This document shows positions 44,187 to 52,062 of a stretch of DNA of 64,000 nucleotides, one piece after another. The DNA lies in contig JAWODN010000076.1 in NCBI GenBank assembly GCA_046483285.1, positions 16,369-80,368 of the forward strand, given 5' to 3'. This DNA is from Candidatus Aminicenantes bacterium. GTDB lineage: Bacteria; Acidobacteriota; Aminicenantia; Aminicenantales; Aminicenantaceae. The translations under genes and the position numbers were made by a program. The notes beneath the pieces are model-generated. The model made no database searches. It was not told the origin of the DNA and saw only the letters and a program-made list of their open reading frames with translations. Numbering within the stretch: the stretch's first letter is position 1; each line of letters begins with the position of its first letter.

Positions 44187-45215
44187 TCAAGAAAACTGCC
44201 TTATAAACCGGATGTCATTTTGATAAAAGAGCTTTATCCCCGGCACACGGTGCCTCAACATGGCTACCCTGTCGATTCCCAGTTCAAAAGAAAAACCTGA
44301 ATATTTTTCCGGATCAATATTCATATTTTTAAATACCTGGGAATGAACCATCCCTCCGCCGGCGATTTCAATCCATCCCCGCCCCCCGCAGGCCGGACAG
44401 TCATGTTTTTTCTCTTCGCAAAGGAGACAGCCCATGTCCACAGCCGCTGAAGGCTCAGTGAAGGGACAAAACCTGGGACGGAACCGAATTTGGATTTTTT
44501 CAAGGAACACTCCCTTGAGAACGCACTCCAGCACCCCCTTTAAATGCGCGAAAGTCACTCCTTTCCCGGCAACCAAACCGTCGACTCGAAAAAACACGGG
44601 CAAAGAGCTGGCATCCGTTTTTCCCCTGCGATAGATTTTCCCCGGAATGATCACCCGGACCGGGGGCAGCTTTCTCTTCAGCACCCGGTTCAGCACAGGC
44701 CAGGTCTGCGTCCTCAGAAAACGGTTTTCACTTAACTGAAAATCCGCCGGTTCATCCTGAAGCGGCTGAAGGGGTGGAACATTTGAGACGCCAAAATCAT
44801 AATGATCCGTTTCCATTTCCGGGCAGGTTTCGGTGTCAAACCCCATCTCCAGGAAAATTTCTTCCATCTCCCGAAAAACCAGCCGCAGGGGATGAGCTCC
44901 CCCCCGATAACGGAATGCTCCCGGCAGGGTTAAATCCATTTTCTTTTGCCGTTTTGCCTTTTCAGTTAATTTTTCATCCGCAGCCTGGAGGCGGCCTTCC
45001 ATTTCAACAAGAAGTTGATGGATATCTTTTTTGGCTTGAGGCTTTTCCCCAGGGCTCAGCTTTTCGATTTCTCTTGCCAGCCCGGCGAACCGTCCTTCCT
45101 TCCGGGAAAAGAACTGATCCCGCACTTCAGAGAGAGCTTCCCGGTTTTTGACCCGCCCAAGGGCCTCCTCAAATTCTTTTTGAAAATTCTTTATCTTTTT
45201 GGCCGCGATTCCCAT
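44187..45215 (-). CDS. pheS: Phenylalanine--tRNA ligase alpha subunit
   Basis: 342 aa with class II motifs 'HPL..V..E....F..MGF' and 'FRPRFCPFTEPSAAVD'. Confidence 0.95.
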   Translation of the reverse strand: MGIAAKKIKNFQKEFEEALGRVKNREALSEVRDQFFSRKEGRFAGLAREIEKLSPGEKPQAKKDIHQLLVEMEGRLQAADEKLTEKAKRQKKMDLTLPGAFRYRGGAHPLRLVFREMEEIFLEMGFDTETCPEMETDHYDFGVSNVPPLQPLQDEPADFQLSENRFLRTQTWPVLNRVLKRKLPPVRVIIPGKIYRRGKTDASSLPVFFRVDGLVAGKGVTFAHLKGVLECVLKGVFLEKIQIRFRPRFCPFTEPSAAVDMGCLLCEEKKHDCPACGGRGWIEIAGGGMVHSQVFKNMNIDPEKYSGFSFELGIDRVAMLRHRVPGIKLFYQNDIRFIRQFS

Positions 45216-45229
45216 CCTACACCATGCGG

Positions 45230-45586
45230 TCAGACTCCGGCTTGTTTGACTTTTTGCGCAATTTCTCCAAATGTTCCCGGTGCGTTAACAGCGAGGTCCG
45301 CCAACACTTTCCGGTCTAATTCAATATTATGAGTTTTAAGACCGTGTATAAACTGATTGTATGACAATCCGTTTTGTTCGGCGGCGGCTTTAATCCTTAT
45401 AATCCAGAGGCGGCGGAACTCCCTTTTCCGGGTGCGCCTGTCCCGGTATGAATACAGAAGAGCGCGTTCAACGGCTTCTTTGGCCGTCCGGTAATTATGA
45501 CTTCTGGTCCCCCAGAACCCTTTGGCTGATTTAAGAATTTTTGTCCGTCTTTTTCTTTGTCTGGTTCCTCTTTTTACTCTCGGCAT
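45230..45586 (-). CDS. rplT: 50S ribosomal protein L20
   Basis: '[26 protein letters not shown]'. Confidence 0.95.
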   Translation of the reverse strand: MPRVKRGTRQRKRRTKILKSAKGFWGTRSHNYRTAKEAVERALLYSYRDRRTRKREFRRLWIIRIKAAAEQNGLSYNQFIHGLKTHNIELDRKVLADLAVNAPGTFGEIAQKVKQAGV

Positions 45587-45606
45587 TGTCTTCTCCTCGT
45601 ATGGAA

Positions 45607-45645
45607 ATCCTCCCGGAAATTTTCGCCGGGGGATGTCTTTTTTTT
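45607..45645 (+). terminator. Intrinsic-terminator-shaped hairpin plus T8, oriented antisense to the rpmI-rplT operon
   Basis: 'atcctcccgg-aaattttcg-ccgggggat' (45607-45634), then 'gtc' and tttttttt (45638-45645) on the plus strand. Its function is unknown. Confidence 0.4.
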
Positions 45646-45737
45646 AATACCGCCTGATCCTTACATTAAAATAGTTTCAACGCGGTCTTGGCGGAAAAAT
45701 CGCGTTAGTCCCGCTTCGTTCATCGCACGGATCCTGT

Positions 45738-45938
45738 TTAAAAATCATAAGGAAGCATCAGTTTAATCCGCTTCCGGTCCACCCTGTCAATAAGAGTGGG
45801 CTGCCGCAAGTCCCGCTTTCTTTTTGCATTTTTCTTGGTGAGAATATGGCTTTTGTATGCTTTTCTATGAACTATTTTATTGCTGTTTGTCACTTTAAAT
45901 CTTTTTTTAGCTCCTTTGTGTGTTTTGAGTTTAGGCAT
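45738..45938 (-). CDS. rpmI: 50S ribosomal protein L35
   Basis: '[17 protein letters not shown]'. Confidence 0.95.
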   Translation of the reverse strand: MPKLKTHKGAKKRFKVTNSNKIVHRKAYKSHILTKKNAKRKRDLRQPTLIDRVDRKRIKLMLPYDF

Positions 45939-46497
45939 TTTTTTCTCCTGTTTTCACGGGGGCCAACAAAGTGGATACAGCCCAGGGCTGATGCCTGATT
46001 TTGGCATCTTGTGTTCCCAAGTCTTTAACATCCTCCAGGACTCTGTCAATTATACCGCGGCCCAATTCCGGCTTGGCTTTCTCGCGGCCACGAAGCATGA
46101 CTGTGATTTTAACTTTGTTCCCTTCTTTTAAAAATCTCTGCACATGACGCATTTTGAAATTATAATCATGAGCGCTTATTTTCGGCCTGAATTTTATTTC
46201 TTTGATCTGAATCTGCTTTTGATGCTTTTTTGCTTCCTGCGCCTTTTTGTGCAGCTCATAAAGATATTTTCCATAATCCATGGTCCGGCATACCGGAGGG
46301 TCGGCATCAGGCGCGATCTCAACCAGATCCAGGTCCTTCTCCTGTGCGAGGGCTAAGGCCTCTTTGATATCCATTATTCCGACTTGTTTTTTATTCTCAT
46401 CAATCATCCTGATTTTTTTAGCACGGATTCTTTCATTTATCCTGTGTGGTTTTTGGTTTCTCTTTTTCGAAGTAAATCTCCCTCGTCTTCTGATGAT
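45931..46497 (-). CDS. infC: Translation initiation factor IF-3 with non-canonical ATC start
   Basis: The ORF track begins at internal ATG 46407, but the frame stays open back to the thrS stop. It reads TAA-AGGAGG-tcc-ATC-ATC and then '..[40 protein letters not shown]'. '[14 protein letters not shown]' is the conserved IF3 N-terminal block. Confidence 0.9.
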   Translation of the reverse strand: MIRRRGRFTSKKRNQKPHRINERIRAKKIRMIDENKKQVGIMDIKEALALAQEKDLDLVEIAPDADPPVCRTMDYGKYLYELHKKAQEAKKHQKQIQIKEIKFRPKISAHDYNFKMRHVQRFLKEGNKVKITVMLRGREKAKPELGRGIIDRVLEDVKDLGTQDAKIRHQPWAVSTLLAPVKTGEKNA

Positions 46498-46506
46498 GGA
46501 CCTCCT

Positions 46507-48261
46507 TTAAAGATTAACAGTTAACTCTTTATTTTCAATCAATTTTAAAGTTTTTGCAACCAGCCGGCCGAATTCCATCTCGCCCTTATCACCCTGGGTA
46601 TGGATTCGGACGGAAACGGTTTGATTCTCCACTTCCTTATCTCCGACAACCAGAATAAGGGGTGTTTTGTTTTTTTCCGCATCCCGTATTTTGTAACCGA
46701 CTTTTTCACGCCGGGAATCAATGGCAGATCTTATCTTCTTTTTTTTAAAAGTCTGGTGTAACTCTTCGGCATAGGAATAATGACGGTCCGCAATGGGAAT
46801 AATGCCAACCTGAACCGGCGCCAGCCAAAGGGGAAAATTTCCTTTGTAATGTTCAATAAGAATCCCAAAAAACCTCTCCAGGGACCCCAGAAGAGCCCGG
46901 TGAATTAAATAGGGGCGGTGGGCATTTCCATCTTCACCGATATACGTCAGGTCAAAACGTTCCGCCAGGTTAAAATCCAGCTGAATGGTGGTGCACTGCC
47001 AGGAGCGGTTCAACGCGTCCTTGATTTTAATATCAATTTTAGGTCCGTAAAAAACCCCCTCCCCTTCATCGATCTGAAAATTCAGCCCCACCTGATTCAA
47101 AGCTTTTTCCAGCGCCGAGGTGGCGGTGCTCCAGTCTTCTTTCGCGCCGCAATATTTTTCAGGACACGTGGAAAGAAACACATCATATTCTGTAAATCCG
47201 AATGTCGCCAATACTTTCAGGGCAAATGAGATGGTCCGCTCAATTTCCTTTTCCAGCTGGTCGGGACGGCAGAAAATATGGGCGTCATCCTGTGTGAAAC
47301 CCCGCACCCGCAGCAAACCATGTAAAACCCCGCTCCTCTCGTAACGGTATACGGTCCCCAGCTCCGCCCAACGGAGGGGGAGTTCCCGGTAGCTTCTCTG
47401 AGCCGAATTATACACCATAATATGAAACGGGCAATTCATCGGTTTCAGCTGATATTCTATGCCTTCGCTTTCCAGGGGAGGATAGAGCGCTTCATAGAAT
47501 TCCGTGTGACCGCTGGTTCTCCACACATCCAGTTTTGCCACATGAGGACTGTATATCAATTCATAATCATGCTGAAAATGCTCCCGGCGCCAAAATTCTT
47601 CTATAGTCCACCGCACAGCCGCCCCCTTGGGGTGCCAGAGAATCAAGCCGCCGCCGAGGCTTTCATGAAAACTGAACAGGTCCAATTCGATTCCCAATTT
47701 GCGATGGTCCCGCTTTTTCGCCTCTTCCAGCATTTGAAGATGGGTGTTGAGAGCCTTTTTGGTAAAAAAAGCCGTTCCGTATATCCGTTGAAGCTGAGGG
47801 TTTTTTTCATCCCCTTTCCAGTAAGCTCCGGAAGACGATAAAATTTTAAAATGCCGGATCTCCTTGGTCGAAGACATATGAGGACCCCGGCAAAAATCAA
47901 TAAAATTCCCTTGCTGGTAACAAGTGACCGTATCTCCCGCCCTCTCTTTGATCAGTTTAACTTTGAGATCTTGACCCAGCTCCTGAAACAGGTTTAGGGC
48001 CTCTTCACGGGAAAATTCTTTTTTGACTATAGGAATATCTTCGCGGCTTAGCTCCTTCATCTTTTTTTCAACGGCCTCCAGGTCTTCCGGAGTGAAAGGA
48101 GCCTCCCGCAGAAAATCATAGTAAAATCCATCTTCGACCGCGGGACCGATACCGGTCTGGGTCTCCGGAAACAACTCCAATACCGCGTGAGCAAGGAGAT
48201 GAGACGCACTGTGCCGCAGTATTTCCAGTTTTGCCGCTTCACCTTCTTGTTTTTGTTCCAT
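46507..48261 (-). CDS. thrS: Threonine--tRNA ligase (no N-terminal TGS domain)
   Basis: 584 aa. It begins in the editing domain ('LEILRHSASHLLAHAV', 'CRGPH'). The class II core and anticodon-binding domain are present. Confidence 0.95.
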   Translation of the reverse strand: MEQKQEGEAAKLEILRHSASHLLAHAVLELFPETQTGIGPAVEDGFYYDFLREAPFTPEDLEAVEKKMKELSREDIPIVKKEFSREEALNLFQELGQDLKVKLIKERAGDTVTCYQQGNFIDFCRGPHMSSTKEIRHFKILSSSGAYWKGDEKNPQLQRIYGTAFFTKKALNTHLQMLEEAKKRDHRKLGIELDLFSFHESLGGGLILWHPKGAAVRWTIEEFWRREHFQHDYELIYSPHVAKLDVWRTSGHTEFYEALYPPLESEGIEYQLKPMNCPFHIMVYNSAQRSYRELPLRWAELGTVYRYERSGVLHGLLRVRGFTQDDAHIFCRPDQLEKEIERTISFALKVLATFGFTEYDVFLSTCPEKYCGAKEDWSTATSALEKALNQVGLNFQIDEGEGVFYGPKIDIKIKDALNRSWQCTTIQLDFNLAERFDLTYIGEDGNAHRPYLIHRALLGSLERFFGILIEHYKGNFPLWLAPVQVGIIPIADRHYSYAEELHQTFKKKKIRSAIDSRREKVGYKIRDAEKNKTPLILVVGDKEVENQTVSVRIHTQGDKGEMEFGRLVAKTLKLIENKELTVNL

Positions 48262-48434
48262 ACGTATTCTTTATCCTTTTTTTTAAGCAGGTTGAATCAT
48301 ATCAAAAAGCCGGCCGTTTCACCGGAAGCTGAAGCCGGTTTTCAGGTCCTTCCGGATGTTTTGAAAAATTATTATGCGCCCCCTGAGGGAAAATAGGTCC
48401 TTTTTTTTGGCTTCTTGAATACACCGGGTAGAAT

Positions 48435-48509
48435 TGGTAGGCGCGGAGGGGATCGAACCCTCGACTTCTTCCGCGTCAAGGAAGCACTCTGCCACTGAGC
48501 TACGCGCCT
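48435..48509 (-). tRNA. tRNA-Val (anticodon GAC), CCA encoded
   Basis: Minus strand, hand-folded: AGGCGCG-TA-GCTC-AGTGGCA-GAGT-G-CTTCC-TTGACGC-GGAAG-AAGTC-GAGGG-TTCGATC-CCCTC-CGCGCCT-A-CCA. The acceptor stem is 7/7 paired, and TTCGATC is the T loop. Confidence 0.9.
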
Positions 48510-48811
48510 TTTTATACTCCCGGCTTTTCGGCCCTGAATAATAATTCAGTGCTTTACCTGTCCCTTAGAAATTGTTTCCCCATGGCAAAACAGAAGGACA
48601 CATGCCGCGCCTCCTGCAATAGCAGCCGCCTCCCTGCCGGGGAATAACTCGAGTTTATATTAATAGTTTAGCTGTTTTCTGTCAATAGAAAACCAAATTT
48701 CCCGCGGGGGGGCTGCCGCAGGGATGATAATCCAGGCTAAGCGGCATGAACCCAAAGGAACAATTTCAGCTGTGCCAAAGATGGAGAGGCTTTCCCAACA
48801 GCTTAAAAAAA

Positions 48812-48840
48812 TTGCATTTAACCCTGGAAAGTATTATACT
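48812..48840 (+). promoter_or_regulatory. Predicted sigma70 promoter for the 48.9-54.3 kb operon
   Basis: TTGCAT (48812-48817), 17 nt, TATACT (48835-48840). GAAGGAG lies 10 nt before ATG 48899. Confidence 0.5.
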
Positions 48841-48898
48841 GATTGTTTCTTTTTTGAAAATTCTTCGCAATTATCGATCGAGAAGGAGACGATAAACT

Positions 48899-50203
48899 AT
48901 GAAAAAAGCCATCATTATGGGCGCAGCGGGAAGAGATTTCCACAATTTTAACGTTTATTTTAGAAATAATGACAATTATCAAATCGCGGCTTTCACCGCC
49001 ACTCAAATTCCTGATATTGAAGGCCGCAAATACCCGCCTGAGCTGGCGGGAGAGAAATATCCCGATGGAATCAGAATCGATTCGGAAAAAAATTTATCCG
49101 AACTGATAAAAAAACACCATGTTGATGTGGTGTTTTTTTCCTACAGCGATGTCCCGCACGAATACGTTATGCATAAAGCTTCTGAAGTTCAGGCGGCCGG
49201 AGCCAGTTTTTCTTTACTGGGTCCGAAAGAAACCATGATTGACAGCAAGAAGCCGGTGGTTTCGGTCTGCGCTGTCCGGACCGGATGCGGCAAAAGTCAG
49301 ACCACCCGGAAAATCGCCCGCTTATTAAAAGAAAAGGGGCGAAAGGTCGTGGCTGTCCGCCACCCTATGCCGTACGGAGATTTGGCGAAGCAGGCCGTCC
49401 AGCGCTTCGCCGGCTACCAGGACATGATCAAGCATAACTGCACCATAGAAGAGATGGAAGAATATGAACCTCACATCCAGCATGGCATTATCGTGTACGC
49501 CGGAGTCGATTACGGCGCTATTTTGAAACAAGCGGAAGAGGAAGCCGATGTCATCCTCTGGGACGGGGGAAACAATGACATCCCTTTTTACAAATCCGAC
49601 CTGGAAGTGGTGGTGGTGGATCCTCACCGTCCCGGACACGAACTTCGTTATTACCCCGGTGAAACCAACTTCCGCCGCGCCGATGTCCTGGTGGTCAATA
49701 AAATGGACACAGCCGAAAAGAAAAACACCAGCATCGTTCTGGAAAATATTAAAACCTACAATCCGGACGCTGTTATCATTCAGGCCAATTCCAAGATTCA
49801 AGTTGAACAGGGAGATCAGATCAAGGGAAAAACCGTGCTGGTGGTGGAAGACGGGCCCACTCTGACTCACGGGGAAATGAAGTATGGAGCCGGAATTGTG
49901 GCGGCGGAAAAGTATGGCGCCGGTGATATTATCGATCCCCGCCCTTATGCGGAGGGAAGCATAAAGGCCACATTTGAGAAATACAGCCATTTGGACCGGG
50001 TTCTCCCCGCCATGGGTTATGGAAAGATACAAATGCAGGAACTGGCAAAAACCATCGACAAAAGCAAATGTGACTTGGTGATCAGCGGGACTCCTATTGA
50101 TTTGGGCCGGCTGATTCAAACCAATAAAACCATTCTGCGGGTGGCTTATGAGCTGGATGAAATCGGCTCACCCGACTTGAATGAGGTCTTGAGAAAATTT
50201 TAA
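48899..50203 (+). CDS. P-loop NTPase of the 'predicted GTPase / cyclic 2,3-diphosphoglycerate synthetase-like' family
   Basis: 434 aa. Walker A 'VRTGCGKSQTT'. N-terminal Rossmann-like 'AIIMGAAGRDFHNFN'. Family assignment is from memory of similar sequences. Confidence 0.6.
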   Translation: MKKAIIMGAAGRDFHNFNVYFRNNDNYQIAAFTATQIPDIEGRKYPPELAGEKYPDGIRIDSEKNLSELIKKHHVDVVFFSYSDVPHEYVMHKASEVQAAGASFSLLGPKETMIDSKKPVVSVCAVRTGCGKSQTTRKIARLLKEKGRKVVAVRHPMPYGDLAKQAVQRFAGYQDMIKHNCTIEEMEEYEPHIQHGIIVYAGVDYGAILKQAEEEADVILWDGGNNDIPFYKSDLEVVVVDPHRPGHELRYYPGETNFRRADVLVVNKMDTAEKKNTSIVLENIKTYNPDAVIIQANSKIQVEQGDQIKGKTVLVVEDGPTLTHGEMKYGAGIVAAEKYGAGDIIDPRPYAEGSIKATFEKYSHLDRVLPAMGYGKIQMQELAKTIDKSKCDLVISGTPIDLGRLIQTNKTILRVAYELDEIGSPDLNEVLRKF

Positions 50204-51162
50204 TGAAACCAAAAATCGCTCTCATCGCCTTCGGCGGAAACGCCATCCTCCCCCAAAAACAGCGGGGGCTGCAGTCTGAGCAAATGAAAAATGCGCAGAA
50301 GGCGGCCCGCCTGATGATCGATGTGGTGAAGAAAGGATATGAGCTGATCATTGTGCATGGCAACGGCCCTCAAGTCGGCAATCTTCTCATTCAAATGGAG
50401 GAGTCTATCAATAAAGTCCCGCCGTTTTCTCTTGAAATTTGTGACGCCATGACCGAAGGCAGCATGGGTTATATGCTGGAAAAAAACCTGGTGAACGCGC
50501 TGCGGAAAAGCTCGCTGGATAAAGATGTGGCCACCATCATCACCCAGGTGGTGGTGGATAAGAAAGATTCTGCTTTTCAAAATCCGACTAAACCCATCGG
50601 CCCTTTCTATTCCAAATACCGGGCCCAGATGCTGAAACGGCAAAAAAAATGGGTTATGGTGGAAGACGCCGGAAGAGGCTACCGTAAAGTGGTCCCTTCC
50701 CCCCAGCCCATCGATGTGGTGCCCAAAAGAATTATTCGAGACCTGGTGCATTCAGGCCGGATTGTCATAGCTGCCGGGGGAGGCGGCATTCCGGTTGTCA
50801 TCAACGGACGCGGATTCTTCCAGGGAGTTGAAGCGGTTATTGATAAGGATTTCGCCTCCAGCCTCATCGCCTATGAAGCTCAGGCGGATCTGTTTATCAT
50901 CCTGACTGATGTTCCCCGCGTCTGTCTGAACTTTGGAACACCGGAAGAAAAGCCTCTTTCTAAAATCACGGTGGATGACGCCAAACGGTTCATGAAAGAA
51001 GGGCATTTCCCTCCAGGCTCAATGGGACCCAAAATCAAAGCTTCCATTGAATATATAGACCGGGGAGGACGGGAAGTTCTTATCACCTCCGCCAGTCATT
51101 TAAAGGCCGCCCTCATCAATCGCTCAGGAACCCGCATCGTGGCTTCCTCTCAGGGGGAATGA
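50203..51162 (+). CDS. arcC: Carbamate kinase
   Basis: 319 aa with 'IALIAFGGNAIL', 'IVHGNGPQVGNLL', 'GYRKVVPSPQP', 'AAGGGGIPVV', 'VIDKDFAS' and 'GSMGPKIKA'. The start overlaps the upstream stop (TAATG). Confidence 0.9.
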   Translation: MKPKIALIAFGGNAILPQKQRGLQSEQMKNAQKAARLMIDVVKKGYELIIVHGNGPQVGNLLIQMEESINKVPPFSLEICDAMTEGSMGYMLEKNLVNALRKSSLDKDVATIITQVVVDKKDSAFQNPTKPIGPFYSKYRAQMLKRQKKWVMVEDAGRGYRKVVPSPQPIDVVPKRIIRDLVHSGRIVIAAGGGGIPVVINGRGFFQGVEAVIDKDFASSLIAYEAQADLFIILTDVPRVCLNFGTPEEKPLSKITVDDAKRFMKEGHFPPGSMGPKIKASIEYIDRGGREVLITSASHLKAALINRSGTRIVASSQGE

Positions 51163-51163
51163 T

Positions 51164-52060
51164 ATGCCCGGCGGACTGATTTCCTTAAAGGATTTCTCTC
51201 CTTATCAATTCAGTGCGTTGCTGGATCTGGCCCTGGAGATCAAAAACAAGCCGGCCCGTTATTACCGGCGATTGGAAAATCAAGCCGCCGGGTGGGTGGC
51301 CGGCCCGGAAAAGTCTTTCCCAATCGAACCTTCTTTTCAACCGGCGGTGGCCGGATTGGGGGGTGATTACATTCCCTGTCCCTTCCCTTCACCTCGGTAT
51401 AACAGCCTGTTTATCCTTAAACACCTGGAAAAATGGGTGAGCTGTGTCTTGGCTGGTGCTTTTCCTCATTCGCAAATAATGGAATGGGAGGGAAAATTAA
51501 TCATTCCCGTCATCAACACCGGCTCGGACACATTCAATCCCTGCCGGGCTTTGGCGGACCTGTTCACTTTAAAAGAATTCAACCTGGATTTAAACAGTCT
51601 GCGTTTGGCTTACATCGGAGGCCGGACTCCGGTTCTGAACAGCCTCATCCAAGGCCTGGCCAAGACCGGCGCTCATTTGCATATCGCCTGCCCAAAAAAT
51701 TTAAAGCCGGATGAGAATATTCTGGACCCGGCCGGGAAAGAAGGAAAGGAAACCGGATTTTCGCTGACTGTGGGACATGACCCTGGTGAAGCCGCTTTGG
51801 ATGCGGATGTTCTCTATACGGACTGCGGATGGCAGGAAAACGCCAGCGGAACCGATGCCGAGAAATTTCGGATAACTTCCCAGTTAGTCAGAAATGCGGG
51901 AAGCCGGGTGATTGTTCTTCATGGCCACAGTCTTGCCGCCGGCGAAGAAATAGAACGCAGCGTGATAGAAGGATTTCAATCCGCCGTGCTCAAACAATGG
52001 GAAAATACACTTCATATTCAGAAAGCGATTATGGTATCATTATTAAAGATGAAGAAATAA
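51164..52060 (+). CDS. Aspartate/ornithine carbamoyltransferase-fold protein with degenerate substrate-binding motifs
   Basis: 298 aa, colinear with OTCases. However STRTR is replaced by SFPIE, HPxQ by NPCR, SMG by GWQEN, and HCLP by HGHS (by-eye alignment to E. coli ArgI). Confidence 0.7.
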   Translation: MPGGLISLKDFSPYQFSALLDLALEIKNKPARYYRRLENQAAGWVAGPEKSFPIEPSFQPAVAGLGGDYIPCPFPSPRYNSLFILKHLEKWVSCVLAGAFPHSQIMEWEGKLIIPVINTGSDTFNPCRALADLFTLKEFNLDLNSLRLAYIGGRTPVLNSLIQGLAKTGAHLHIACPKNLKPDENILDPAGKEGKETGFSLTVGHDPGEAALDADVLYTDCGWQENASGTDAEKFRITSQLVRNAGSRVIVLHGHSLAAGEEIERSVIEGFQSAVLKQWENTLHIQKAIMVSLLKMKK

Positions 52061-52062
52061 CA

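Noticed and set aside
51829-52062. An N-terminal 78-aa extension of the 819-aa ORF that overlaps the transcarbamylase-like gene.
   Set aside because: The extension is Arg-rich out-of-frame sequence of the upstream gene. ATG 52063 lies 2 nt after the upstream stop and begins the plausible protein.
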